A stretch of 64,000 nt of DNA from Anaerolineales bacterium (GTDB lineage: Bacteria; Chloroflexota; Anaerolineae; Anaerolineales; E44-bin32). Of this stretch, positions 9,214-19,389 are shown in pieces (position 1 is the stretch's first letter; every line of letters starts with the position of its first letter). Below the pieces are notes generated by a model. It saw nothing but the letters and a program-made list of their open reading frames with translations, was not told where the DNA came from and searched no databases. Both the position numbers and the translations under genes were made by a program. The stretch covers positions 1,090-65,089 of the forward strand of contig DAOUEK010000007.1 in NCBI GenBank assembly GCA_034430425.1, read 5' to 3'.

Positions 9214-10812
9214 ATGATCACCGCCAGAGAACTGCTGAAACAAGGCAAGCGCGATGAAATATGGGAGATGTATTGTGGATTTCTCGATTTGCGGCTTCCT
9301 GAATTTATAGAAATCCAACGGGAATTGCTGCTCGAACAAATTCAATTGCTCAGTCAGTGTGAGTTGGGGAGAAAATTACTCGGCAACCAAATCCCCCAAA
9401 GCGTAGCCGCTTTTCGCGAGAGCGTACCCTTGACCACATATGAAGATTACGAACCGTATCTATCGGAAAAGAATGAAGACGTTATGCCGAGCGAGATATT
9501 CGTTTGGGCGCGCACATCTGGAAAAACTGGCGGAGATACGTTCAAATGGGTTCCGTATTCGCGCAGTATGTATGAGCAGTTCGGTCGCCGGGTAATAAGT
9601 GCCATGCTCGTCGGCTCATGCAAGAACAAAGGTGAAGTACGACTCGAAAACGGAGATATTCTGCTGATGACCACAGCACCCCCTCCCTATATCTCCGCTT
9701 TTGTAAGTCGTTCAGCAGAGGAGCAAGCACCGGTGAGATTCATTCCATCACTCGCAGAGGGCGAAAAAATGGATTTCCAGGATCGCATCGAGAAGGGCTT
9801 TGAACTCGCCATCGTGGAAGGCATGGACTATTTCTACGGTTTGGCGAGTTTATTGGTGAAAATCGGCGAGCGCTTCGAACATGGTTCGGGCAGCATCTCA
9901 TTCAGCCGCAGCATGCTCAAACCCAACGTGCTCCTACGCCTTATAACTGGATTCCTCAAAGGGAAATTCAACCGCAGAGCGCTGCGGCCAAGTGACATCT
10001 GGAAACTCAAGGGAATCATGACCGGCGGAACCGATACCGATATTTACAAGGACCGTATTGAAAAATATTGGGGAATAAAACCACTCGAGGGTTATGGCTC
10101 GACGGAGGGCTTTGCCCTTGCCATGCAATTGTGGAACTTCAAAGGAATGACCCTCTATCCCGACACCAATTTCTACGAGTTCATCCCCTACGAAGAACAC
10201 AGCAAGAACAAAAAGGACCCTTCCTATACCCCAAAAACTATTCTCCTGGACGAACTACAACCCGGCATTTACGAGCTGGTCTTTACCAATTTCCACGGCG
10301 GAATCTTCACTCGCTATCGGATATTTGATTTAATCGAAGTGATTTCCCTGCGCGACGATGAACTCGATATCGATATTCCACAAATCCGATTCTACTCACG
10401 CGCTGACGACGTGATCGACCTCGCCGGAATGGTCCGTCTAACCGAAAAAACGATCTGGTACGCCATGGAATCCTCAGGTGTTCACTACGAAGATTGGACG
10501 GCCAGAAAAGAAGAGTTGAATGGTGAACCACTCCTGCATATTTACTTCGAAGAAAGTCGTCCCAACAACCGATCGTTGGAGGAGATCAAATCATCCATCA
10601 ACGAGGAACTCATGAAAGTAAGCAGTGAATATGCGGATCTGATAACCATGCTCGGTGGTGATCGCTTGAAATTAACCAGGCTGCCAACGGGCGCATTCGC
10701 CCACTATATGGAAGAACAAAAACAAGCCGGCGTCGATATGGGCATTCTCAAACCATCACGCATGCAGCCAGGCGAAGAGGCGATTCGCCGACTGATGCAA
10801 AGCATAGGATAA
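9214..10812 (+). CDS. GH3-family (ANL adenylate-forming) acyl-amido synthetase-like protein
   Basis: PLTTYEDY, TSGKTGG..KWVP, YGSTEG, FYEFIP, YELVFTN..G..RYRIFD motifs typical of the GH3 family. Confidence 0.85.
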   Translation: MITARELLKQGKRDEIWEMYCGFLDLRLPEFIEIQRELLLEQIQLLSQCELGRKLLGNQIPQSVAAFRESVPLTTYEDYEPYLSEKNEDVMPSEIFVWARTSGKTGGDTFKWVPYSRSMYEQFGRRVISAMLVGSCKNKGEVRLENGDILLMTTAPPPYISAFVSRSAEEQAPVRFIPSLAEGEKMDFQDRIEKGFELAIVEGMDYFYGLASLLVKIGERFEHGSGSISFSRSMLKPNVLLRLITGFLKGKFNRRALRPSDIWKLKGIMTGGTDTDIYKDRIEKYWGIKPLEGYGSTEGFALAMQLWNFKGMTLYPDTNFYEFIPYEEHSKNKKDPSYTPKTILLDELQPGIYELVFTNFHGGIFTRYRIFDLIEVISLRDDELDIDIPQIRFYSRADDVIDLAGMVRLTEKTIWYAMESSGVHYEDWTARKEELNGEPLLHIYFEESRPNNRSLEEIKSSINEELMKVSSEYADLITMLGGDRLKLTRLPTGAFAHYMEEQKQAGVDMGILKPSRMQPGEEAIRRLMQSIG

Positions 10813-10822
10813 TATTCGAGAT

Positions 10823-13498
10823 ATGTATTGGGGAATTAACACCGTCATTCCTCTGCTTGCCGCGCTGGCCTACGGCGCATTACTCACCATCGTTAGTCGC
10901 GCCAGGCCATTAACCAATGCCAGACGCGCATTCCGCGTTTACCTGCTGGCCATGTTCTTCTGGTCATTTGGCTCGTTCGTTAGCCACAGCGGCTTTGGCA
11001 ACACCTCCCACTGGGCGCGCCTGTTGTCCACAGCCGCGATTACTGCGCCGCTCACCATTTTCTACTTCGTCGAAAACACCCTGGATATTACGCACAAATG
11101 GGACCACTGGGCTTACCTCGTGGGTATTATCAATGCCGCACTCGCTCTCTTTACGAATCTCGTAGCGCCTTCGGCCGATATCTTAAACGGGGATTTGACG
11201 ATTGCACGCGGCTCGCTGGTCTATGTCGTAGCCATTCCAGGGTATGGATTGTTCATATACAGCCTGGTCATGCTTATCCAACGTTTTCGACAGTCCACAG
11301 ATCCTATCGAACACAACCGACTGCGCTATCTGATCTCCGGCACGACAATCGTGATCCTTACAACACTGGTCAACTTCACCGATCTGGCCAAATACCCAAT
11401 TGATATCGCAGCAAATCTCATCAACGCGATGCTCATTTCGTACGCCATCATCCGCCACGAATTGCTGGACATCAACATCGTCATCCGCAGAGGATTGTCG
11501 TACAGCACATTGATTCTCATCCTGGCCGCCACTTATGTTCTTCCCGTCATTTTCTATGATGTCCTCCATATTGAACTCGAGGTCAGCCAAACTGCGACCA
11601 GATTTACACTATCGTTCATCATTGCCTCCCTTGTTGCCATTGCCTCACACGCCCTCTACGGCAGGATTCGAGAACGCATCGATCGGTTTTTTTTTCGTGA
11701 ACGCTATGATGCCTACAAAGTCATCCAAGAACTGGGGGAGCAAATCACAGGCACACTTGATTTCGATCAAATCGTCTCCTCAATGCTGGATCGCCTCGTC
11801 GAAACCCTGCATCCAAAATGGGTTGACTTATTGCTCAAGGACCCGTCGACGGGTGATTTCCACCCAACAGCGTCAAGAGGTCTGGATGAAACGCTATCCG
11901 AATTTCACATGCGTGCAGATCACCCGATCTGCCGTTGGTTAGGTCGAGAAAACAGGATCTTAACCGCGCAGCAGTTACGTATCCATGCGTATTTCACCGG
12001 TATTTGGAATTTAGAAAAGGAGCAGCTTGAAAGACTCTCGCCCAATCTTTTCGTCGCCTTGCGTGTAAAAGACGGACTTAGCGGAATCTTGCTGATCGGG
12101 CCAAAGAAATCCGATGAGACGTACAGCCTCGAAGATATCGATCTCTATATAACCTATGCCAATCAGGTCTCTGTCGCTTTAGACAACGCTCATCTTTTTA
12201 AAGCGATCAATGCGCGTCTGGCCGAACAAATCGCCCTGCTCGAGATCGGCATCAGCCTGGCGCGCGCCTCCAATCTGGACGACATCCTGCAGCTGGTCGT
12301 CAAACACGCCTGTCCCACAGATACACCTACCGCCAAAGCGACCATTCACCTCATCGACCACGACAGCCAGCGTCTGCTGCCGCGCGCCGTTTCCCAATCG
12401 AGCGGTGAACCCGCCCAGGCCGTAGGCTTCGATCCCCGTCAAGGTATCGCCGGACGCGCCGTTCAAGAAAAGCAACTCATCTATGTGCCGGATGTGAACA
12501 AGGCACCCGATTTTGTCAACACGCAGGAGAATTTCAAGTCCCTGGTTGTAGTACCGCTCATCATCGAGGACATTCCGGAAGGCACGCTCAGTGTGACCAG
12601 CCCCCATATCGATGCCTTCGATGAAGACTTGATCCGTCAATTAACCTCTCTCGGCAACCAGGCCGCAATCGCCTTGCGCAAGGCCCAGATCACCGACAGC
12701 TTGCGAAAATCAAACGCCGAATTGGAACAACGCTCGAAAGAACTGGAAGCCAGCATCGAGGAGTTGAAGTCCACACAGCGGCAACTCGTTCAGGCCAGCA
12801 AATTGGCTTCCATGGGTACGCTTACCGCAGGAATAGCACATGAAATCAACAACCCCCTGGCCGGCATCAAACTCTTCGCGCAAAACACCAGACGTGCCCA
12901 AAACGAAGGTCGTCTCGAAACCGAGAAAATGCTTGAAAACATGGAAAAAATCAGCGCACTCGTTGACAAAGCTGCAAAGATCATCGAACACCTGCGCACC
13001 TTTTCCCGACAAGCCTCCGGCGACATGAAGTTGATCGGCGTAAATAAAGCCGTTGAGGACTCACTCAGTATGCTTCTCGAGCAATTGAAACTGCAGAACA
13101 TCGAAGTCCTTTTACAACTTGAAGAAAACCTTCCTCAAGTGCGCGGCGATATCAATCAGATCGAACAAGTCGTACTCAACCTGATCACCAACGCCCGTGA
13201 CTCTCTCGATAAAATTGAAGACAAGAAAATCTCGCTGCGCACATACCAAGACGACGAGTCGGTCGTCATTGAAGTCACTGACTCTGGGAGTGGAATCTCG
13301 CCTGATATTCTGGAGAACGTGTTCGATCCATTCTTCACTACCAAACCCGTCGATAAAGGAACAGGTTTGGGCTTATCGATCAGTCACGGGATCGTAGAAC
13401 TTCATGGCGGAGAAATCGAAGTTGAAAGTGAACCTGACAAAGGGTCCACATTCCGGATTAAATTACCCGCCGCGGAAGATGTAACAGGAAACGATTGA
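10823..13498 (+). CDS. Membrane sensor histidine kinase (N-terminal 7TM, two GAF domains, HisKA, HATPase; NtrB-like)
   Basis: Hydrophobic N-terminal third, GAF regions, [39 protein letters not shown]. Confidence 0.92.
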   Translation: MYWGINTVIPLLAALAYGALLTIVSRARPLTNARRAFRVYLLAMFFWSFGSFVSHSGFGNTSHWARLLSTAAITAPLTIFYFVENTLDITHKWDHWAYLVGIINAALALFTNLVAPSADILNGDLTIARGSLVYVVAIPGYGLFIYSLVMLIQRFRQSTDPIEHNRLRYLISGTTIVILTTLVNFTDLAKYPIDIAANLINAMLISYAIIRHELLDINIVIRRGLSYSTLILILAATYVLPVIFYDVLHIELEVSQTATRFTLSFIIASLVAIASHALYGRIRERIDRFFFRERYDAYKVIQELGEQITGTLDFDQIVSSMLDRLVETLHPKWVDLLLKDPSTGDFHPTASRGLDETLSEFHMRADHPICRWLGRENRILTAQQLRIHAYFTGIWNLEKEQLERLSPNLFVALRVKDGLSGILLIGPKKSDETYSLEDIDLYITYANQVSVALDNAHLFKAINARLAEQIALLEIGISLARASNLDDILQLVVKHACPTDTPTAKATIHLIDHDSQRLLPRAVSQSSGEPAQAVGFDPRQGIAGRAVQEKQLIYVPDVNKAPDFVNTQENFKSLVVVPLIIEDIPEGTLSVTSPHIDAFDEDLIRQLTSLGNQAAIALRKAQITDSLRKSNAELEQRSKELEASIEELKSTQRQLVQASKLASMGTLTAGIAHEINNPLAGIKLFAQNTRRAQNEGRLETEKMLENMEKISALVDKAAKIIEHLRTFSRQASGDMKLIGVNKAVEDSLSMLLEQLKLQNIEVLLQLEENLPQVRGDINQIEQVVLNLITNARDSLDKIEDKKISLRTYQDDESVVIEVTDSGSGISPDILENVFDPFFTTKPVDKGTGLGLSISHGIVELHGGEIEVESEPDKGSTFRIKLPAAEDVTGND

Positions 13499-14205
13499 TG
13501 CAAGAGACAGCGCATATCCTGGTTGTAGATGACGAGCCTTCCGTTCGTGAAGGACTCAGCGATATGCTTTGCATTTGCGGCCATATCATCACCTGCGCCA
13601 ACGATGGCCAGGAAGGCCTGGGCCTGTTTCATAAAGCCCTCGAACGAGATGAGCTGCCTCCGTTCGATATTCTCATATTTGACATCAAAATGCCCCATAT
13701 GTCCGGGCTGGAGTTGATGGAGCGCGTCGTCAAGCTGGATCCGGAGATTCCCATCATCATCATCACCGGACACGGCGATTCACACACGGCCACCTACGCT
13801 CTGGCCGGCGGCGCCTATGATTACATCACCAAACCACTCGAACCCGATCTCGTGCTTGATGCAGTTACCCGCGCCCTGGCCATCGGCCGCTTGAAACGAC
13901 GCTTTAAAAGAATCATCCAAAATACCGGCGTCATCGGAGCGATCACATCCGGAATCGCCAACGAATTGGACACACCCCTGAACACGATAACGCGTTCTGC
14001 CGAAGAACTCTCCAAACATCTCAATCAAATCAAGCACCTCACCACGTTAACCTTACAGGCAGATGGGTCGCCAGAAGCCAATATCCCCATCGCAGATATC
14101 GACATGGACCCCGCATACAAACAAATTGAAACCATCACCCGCTCCGTACTACATTGCATTCGATTGCTCGAGGCGCTAAATATCCCTCAACCCCAGGACG
14201 ACTGA
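13495..14205 (+). CDS. Response regulator: receiver plus degenerate HisKA-like helical domain
   Basis: ILVVDDE, FDIKMP and YITKP receiver motifs; C-terminal GIANELDTPL resembles an H-box without His. ATGA overlap with the kinase. Confidence 0.85.
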   Translation: MMQETAHILVVDDEPSVREGLSDMLCICGHIITCANDGQEGLGLFHKALERDELPPFDILIFDIKMPHMSGLELMERVVKLDPEIPIIIITGHGDSHTATYALAGGAYDYITKPLEPDLVLDAVTRALAIGRLKRRFKRIIQNTGVIGAITSGIANELDTPLNTITRSAEELSKHLNQIKHLTTLTLQADGSPEANIPIADIDMDPAYKQIETITRSVLHCIRLLEALNIPQPQDD

Positions 14206-14596
14206 CTAGATACCCGAAAGACGAAAAACAGTTGTATATAATGGATCATGACGAATAGAAAAGCAGCTTTGCGCGGGAGCTATCCGTGCAGGCCTGATTG
14301 CCTCTCAGAAGCAAAACATGCGCGGTCACATTCGATATTTTTACACAGGATGACTTACCAAGAATTGGGTGACTTTCCCCACTAGGCGGGTCAACATTGT
14401 AACCTTCATGATTCTATGGAATACTAACCGCCAGCGCGGAGCTGAATTAACTCGCCAGTGCGGGAAAATTTGTATTGCGTTTCCCCTGGCCGGCGTTCAA
14501 GATAATGTAAAAATGAAGGGGAAAACGCGCAGAAGACAGGATAATAAAGACATAACACCCCCATAACCTAACCTTCGACCTTAGGAGGAAGACACA

Positions 14597-14932
14597 ATGG
14601 AAAAAATAGTGATCAATGTGCCATCCATGTATGCGGATCACCATGTTCTATCTGTCAGGAACGCGCTCGACGGCCTCGAGGGAATCGAAGATCTCTATGC
14701 CAGTTCGGCATGGAAACAACTGCTGATTACTTTTGACCCCAAGAAAATCAAACAAGCAAAGATCGAAGAAGCAATTATTGAAGCAGGGTACCCAGTCGAC
14801 GGTGCCGAACCAGCAGCGTTGGTTACCGCGAACGATATCAAGCGAGACCCGCAATGGCAAAAGCTCGGGTCTCGCTCCACGGAAACAAACATCGCGGATC
14901 TGAAGATGTCAGGCGAATTTCGTCGGTATTAA
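14597..14932 (+). CDS. HMA/CopZ-fold protein with non-canonical MYADHH motif, first gene of the CODH/ACS operon
   Basis: Pattern V.SM...HV..V..AL..LEGI...ITFDP...I..AI.EAGYPV matches CopZ; strong AGGAGG RBS; 9 nt before cooS. Confidence 0.8.
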   Translation: MEKIVINVPSMYADHHVLSVRNALDGLEGIEDLYASSAWKQLLITFDPKKIKQAKIEEAIIEAGYPVDGAEPAALVTANDIKRDPQWQKLGSRSTETNIADLKMSGEFRRY

Positions 14933-14941
14933 CCCAGGAGG

Positions 14942-16945
14942 ATGACAGCGATGGCAAAGAAAATGAGAACACCTGAAGAAGCGAGTCAAGATCAAGCCAC
15001 GATAAACATGCTTGCGTTTGCCCAGGAAATGGAATACGAGACTTCATTTTCCCGCGCAGATTCTATGGCCCCCTGCCCCATCGGCAGTGATGGAATCTGT
15101 TGTAAGGTTTGCGGAATGGGGCCATGTCGTCTGGTGAAGGATGGCCAGACCGGGATTTGCGGTGCAACCGTTGAGACCGTCGGGGCACGCAATTTCGCCC
15201 GTATGGTTGCCGCTGGCGCCGCAGCTCACTCCGACCACGGCCGTGATCTGGCCTACACACTATTGGCGGCTGCCGAAGGTCACGCTCCGGATTACCAGGT
15301 GCGGGACCCCGCTAAATTGAGAGAAATGGCCCATTATCTCGATGTTGAGGTAGATGGCAAATCATTGGAAGAACTCACTCTCGAAGTCGCCCGAAAAGCA
15401 CTGGAAGAATTCGGCAAGCCAACTGGTGAGGTCGCCTACGTCAAACGCGCACCTGAGAAACGACAACAAATTTGGCACGATCTGGGAATTACACCCCGCA
15501 ATGTCGATCGTGAAATCGTTGAGATCATGCACCGCACGCACGTCGGCAACGACCAGGACGCAGAACATATTCTTGACCAAGCCTTGCGTGCTGCACTGGG
15601 TGATGGATGGGGCGGATCGATGCTCGCCACCGATCTTTCCGATGTACTCTTCGGCACGCCCGGCCCGGTCCTTACCGAATCGAACCTGGGAGTTTTCCAG
15701 CCGGATGAAGTCAACATCGTCATCCACGGCCACGAGCCCACGCTCTCCGAGATGATCGTGGCCGCCGCGCAGGACCCGGAATTGATCGAGTATGCGAAAA
15801 CCAAGGGCGCCAAAGGCATCACCCTGGGCGGCATCTGCTGCACGGCAAACGAGACATTGATGCGTCAGGGCGTACCGCTGGCAGGCAACTTCCTGCAGCA
15901 GGAATTGGCCATCCTAACCGGAGCCGTCGAAGCCATGGTGGTCGATATCCAATGCATCATGCAGGGCATCGTGAAGCTCGCCGAACAATTTCACACCGAG
16001 GTGATCACCACATCACCCAAAGCGAAAATCACCGGCGCCACGCACATGGAATTCGATGAACACCGGGCCATGGAAATCGCCAAGGAAATCGTGCGAACTG
16101 CTTGCGACCGTTATCCCGAGCGAGGCGAAACTAAAATCCCCGATGAGCATACGCCCCTCATTCCTGGCTTTTCACATGAATACATCAACTATGCCCTGGG
16201 TGGTCTCTACCGCGGTTCGCTCCGGCCGCTTAACGACGCGATCGCTTCCGGGCGCATTCGCGGTGTCGTAGCCAATATCGGCTGCAACAACGCCCGCGTC
16301 TGCCACGACAAACTTCACCGCGAAGTTGTCACCGAGTTCATCAAGAACGACGTGCTCGTGGTCGAGACCGGCTGCGGCGCCATCGCCAGCGCCAAGCAAG
16401 GGTACATGACCCCCGAAGCGGCACTCGAACACGCCGGTCCGGGTCTCCGGGAAGTCTGTGAAGCCGTAGGGATCCCTCCCGTGCTTCACATGGGTTCCTG
16501 TGTAGATAACTCTCGGATCTTGACCGTACTCGCCCAGATGGCCACAGAAGGCGGCCTGGGAGAAGACATCAGCGACATCCCCGCCGTGGGACTGGCACCG
16601 GAATGGATGAGCGAGAAGGCCATCTCCATCGCCACCTACTGCGTTGCTTCTGGCGCCTATGTCATCCTGGGACACTCCAGTCCCGTCTCGGGCATCGAAG
16701 AAGTCACACGCCTGATCACCGACGGTTGGGAAGAGAAAGTCGGCGGCCGGTTGGAATTCTGCAACGCCAGCGACGAAATCGTTCGCCGAAGTCTGGCGCA
16801 CATCGATAAAAAGCGCGCCGACCTCGGACTGCCCGAATATGACCCAAGCAAATGGGGGAAGAGTGGTGATTGGAGAATCCATGAACTTGTGGAAATGCCG
16901 TTGCCCGAACGTATTGAAGCCGCATACGGCAACCAGGCGAAGTAG
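14942..16945 (+). CDS. cooS: Ni-dependent carbon monoxide dehydrogenase catalytic subunit (AcsA/CooS)
   Basis: D/B-cluster CPIG..GICCKVCGMGPC..ICGA; C-cluster ligands in HGHEP, GICCTANE, DIQC, IGCNN, TGCG, GSCVDN. True start may be ATG 14951. Confidence 0.97.
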   Translation: MTAMAKKMRTPEEASQDQATINMLAFAQEMEYETSFSRADSMAPCPIGSDGICCKVCGMGPCRLVKDGQTGICGATVETVGARNFARMVAAGAAAHSDHGRDLAYTLLAAAEGHAPDYQVRDPAKLREMAHYLDVEVDGKSLEELTLEVARKALEEFGKPTGEVAYVKRAPEKRQQIWHDLGITPRNVDREIVEIMHRTHVGNDQDAEHILDQALRAALGDGWGGSMLATDLSDVLFGTPGPVLTESNLGVFQPDEVNIVIHGHEPTLSEMIVAAAQDPELIEYAKTKGAKGITLGGICCTANETLMRQGVPLAGNFLQQELAILTGAVEAMVVDIQCIMQGIVKLAEQFHTEVITTSPKAKITGATHMEFDEHRAMEIAKEIVRTACDRYPERGETKIPDEHTPLIPGFSHEYINYALGGLYRGSLRPLNDAIASGRIRGVVANIGCNNARVCHDKLHREVVTEFIKNDVLVVETGCGAIASAKQGYMTPEAALEHAGPGLREVCEAVGIPPVLHMGSCVDNSRILTVLAQMATEGGLGEDISDIPAVGLAPEWMSEKAISIATYCVASGAYVILGHSSPVSGIEEVTRLITDGWEEKVGGRLEFCNASDEIVRRSLAHIDKKRADLGLPEYDPSKWGKSGDWRIHELVEMPLPERIEAAYGNQAK

Positions 16946-16959
16946 AGAGGGATAAAATT

Positions 16960-19254
16960 ATGTCACGTTACATTGCAACTCGCGCAATTCGAGGCGCTAA
17001 CGCCATCGTAGACGAAGCCGAGAAGGAACTCACCAAGGCGATTGCTGAGAAGGGTGGCGATACACCCGTTGCCTTCCCCAACACAGCCTATTATTTGCCC
17101 GTGATTCTCGGAATGCTGGGACACGAGGTCAGCAAATTGGCGGACCTCGAATTTGCACTGGACCACGCAAAAAGCTTACTCCACCCGATACCCGACGAAT
17201 CGCTCTGGACACCGTACCTCGGCGAGACACTGGACTCAGGTATGGCCACATTGCTCGCTGAAGAGATCATCGAGGGTGTCCGTTTCGTCTATGGACAAGA
17301 ACCCCAGCCCTACCCCGGGCTCGAATTGGCCGGCTCCACATCCTTCACCAGCCCCGACGCTGGAGGCAATGGCTCCAGCCCTAACGGAAATGGGTATCTC
17401 AATGGACCTATCGACGATATCCAACTGCGTTCTTGGGGAATCCAATTGGTTGATGGACGCATGCCGGGTTTCGCGGCCATCGCCGGCGCGGCGCATTCCA
17501 ATGAGGCCGCCGTCGCCATCGTTCGTGAGCTTCAAAAAAGGAACATCCTCACCTTTCTCGCGGGCAACGTCAATGGGCGTTCGATCATCGATCAATTGGT
17601 CGAAGAAGACGTGGAGATGGGCTACGACACATATATCGTTCCCTTCAGCCGCGACACCATCGGGGCCATCTACCCGCTGGGCTTCGCCACGCGATCCGCG
17701 CTCACCTTCGGGGGCATGAAGGGTGGTCAATGGCGAGATATCCTGCTCTACAATAAATTCCGAGTCTTCGCTTTCGTGATTGCCCTGGGCGAGGTCGACG
17801 ATCTTAAGTACGCCACAGCCGCCGGCGCGATTTCGTACGGATTCCCCGTAATCGCCGACACGGTGATCCCCGAAATTTTGCCCACCGGCGTGACGCGCTA
17901 CGAACATGTTATTTCCATGCCCTGGAACGAAATCGAAGGTGATACCGAAGAAGAGAAAGCCGCCAAGCTGGTCCAAAAAGCCATCGAGATACGCGGTGTT
18001 AAGGTGAAGATCAGCGAGGTCCCGGTTCCCGTTCCTTACGGATCGGCCTTCGAAGGCGAAGTGGTACGCAAGGCCGACATGCGCGTCGAGTTCGGCGGTA
18101 AACACAGCCGTGCGTTCGAATATCTCTACATGGATGATATGGACGCTGTCGAAGATGGAAAGATCGAAATCATCGGAGACGGTTTTGAAAAACTTGAAGA
18201 ACAGGGCAGTATGGATCTTTGCATTCTGGTTAAAGTCGCCGGACGCAAAATGGAGAAGGACTTCGAGCCGGTTCTCGAACGCCAGATTCACTACTTCGTG
18301 AATGGGGGATCCGGCATCCAGCACATCGGTCAGCGAGACATCACCTGGATCCGCATCAGCAATACGGCTGCCGAAAAAGGCTTCACCTTGAAGCACTTCG
18401 GCGACATCTTGCACGCGCGCTTCCATGATGATTTCGGATCGATCGTCGACAAGGTCGAAGTCGCCATCGTCACCGAACCCAAGGCGTATGCTGAGTGGCT
18501 GGAAAAAGCCCGCGCTGCCTACGACGAACGCAATCAACGCATCGGCGCAATGGTCGACGAGAGTGTGGAGACATTCTACTCCTGCACACTCTGCCAATCC
18601 TTCGCGCCGGACCACGTCTGCATCGTCAGTCCCGAGCGGCTCGGTCTGTGCGGCGCCTACAACTGGTTGGACTGCAAGGCCTCCCACCAGATCAACCCCA
18701 CCGGCCCGAACCAACCCATCAAGAAAGGCAATGACCTCGATCTGCAAAAAGGGTATTTCACCGGCATCAACGAGTACGCCGTTCAGGCATCACACGGCAG
18801 TGTCAACGAAGTCGCCATGTACTCCATCATGGAGAACCCGATGACGGCATGTGGCTGCTTTGAATGCATCGCCATGCTCATCCCTGAAGCCAACGGCATC
18901 ATGATCGTCAGCCGGGAGGACACCAGCATGACGCCAGCAGGCATGACCTTCTCGACTCTGGCGGGTGTGGCCGGCGGCGGACTGCAAACACCGGGTGTGA
19001 TGGGACACGGTAAGTTCTACATCACCAGCCCCAAATTCATTTCCGCCGACGGCGGATTCAAACGTGTGGTTTGGATGTCCTCCGTTCTGAAAGAACAGAT
19101 GGCGGAAGAACTCACCCAGGTGGCTGAGCGAGAAGGTGATCCGGGTCTGCTCGACAAGATCGCCGATGAAACCGTCTGCACCGATGTGGAAGGATTGCTG
19201 GAACACCTTCAAAAGAAGGGACATCCAGCACTCGAGATGGAACCAATGATGTAA
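16960..19254 (+). CDS. acsB: Acetyl-CoA synthase subunit (bacterial type with N-terminal domain)
   Basis: FPNTAYYLP; A-cluster ligands CTLCQSFAP, LCGAYNWLDC, TACGCFEC. Confidence 0.97.
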   Translation: MSRYIATRAIRGANAIVDEAEKELTKAIAEKGGDTPVAFPNTAYYLPVILGMLGHEVSKLADLEFALDHAKSLLHPIPDESLWTPYLGETLDSGMATLLAEEIIEGVRFVYGQEPQPYPGLELAGSTSFTSPDAGGNGSSPNGNGYLNGPIDDIQLRSWGIQLVDGRMPGFAAIAGAAHSNEAAVAIVRELQKRNILTFLAGNVNGRSIIDQLVEEDVEMGYDTYIVPFSRDTIGAIYPLGFATRSALTFGGMKGGQWRDILLYNKFRVFAFVIALGEVDDLKYATAAGAISYGFPVIADTVIPEILPTGVTRYEHVISMPWNEIEGDTEEEKAAKLVQKAIEIRGVKVKISEVPVPVPYGSAFEGEVVRKADMRVEFGGKHSRAFEYLYMDDMDAVEDGKIEIIGDGFEKLEEQGSMDLCILVKVAGRKMEKDFEPVLERQIHYFVNGGSGIQHIGQRDITWIRISNTAAEKGFTLKHFGDILHARFHDDFGSIVDKVEVAIVTEPKAYAEWLEKARAAYDERNQRIGAMVDESVETFYSCTLCQSFAPDHVCIVSPERLGLCGAYNWLDCKASHQINPTGPNQPIKKGNDLDLQKGYFTGINEYAVQASHGSVNEVAMYSIMENPMTACGCFECIAMLIPEANGIMIVSREDTSMTPAGMTFSTLAGVAGGGLQTPGVMGHGKFYITSPKFISADGGFKRVVWMSSVLKEQMAEELTQVAEREGDPGLLDKIADETVCTDVEGLLEHLQKKGHPALEMEPMM

Positions 19255-19291
19255 AACCGGGAAAGAGAGTTCAGAGGTCGGGATTCGAAAC

Positions 19292-19329
19292 CGGAATGCA
19301 CACCACCGCAATCAACGAACGGCATTCCG
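19292..19329. repeat. Intergenic inverted repeat between acsB and acsD (CGGAATGC-N22-GCATTCCG)
   Basis: Perfect 8-bp arms read directly from the sequence. Confidence 0.55.
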
Positions 19330-19389
19330 CGCCCAGATCACCGGTCTCTATGCCCTTTCTTGTCCATTACGCAGGAGGATCGAATTCCA

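Noticed and set aside
14206-14596. Long leader before the CODH operon checked for cobalamin, THF or Ni/Co riboswitch
   Set aside because: No B12 box or other conserved riboswitch motif recognised, only short weak inverted repeats (for example GGGAAA..TTTCCC). An Infernal/Rfam scan would be decisive.
17236-18747. 503-aa antisense ORF over acsB (also 23-700, 16172-16882, 53327-54040, 55064-55840, 59491-60240 and many shorter ones)
   Set aside because: Shadow ORFs opposite well-supported genes, expected from GC-rich codon usage; no recognisable motifs or RBS.
19280-19292. GGGATTCGAAACC resembling the reverse complement of a tRNA T-arm
   Set aside because: It has an extra base, and I could not fold an acceptor, anticodon or D arm around it.
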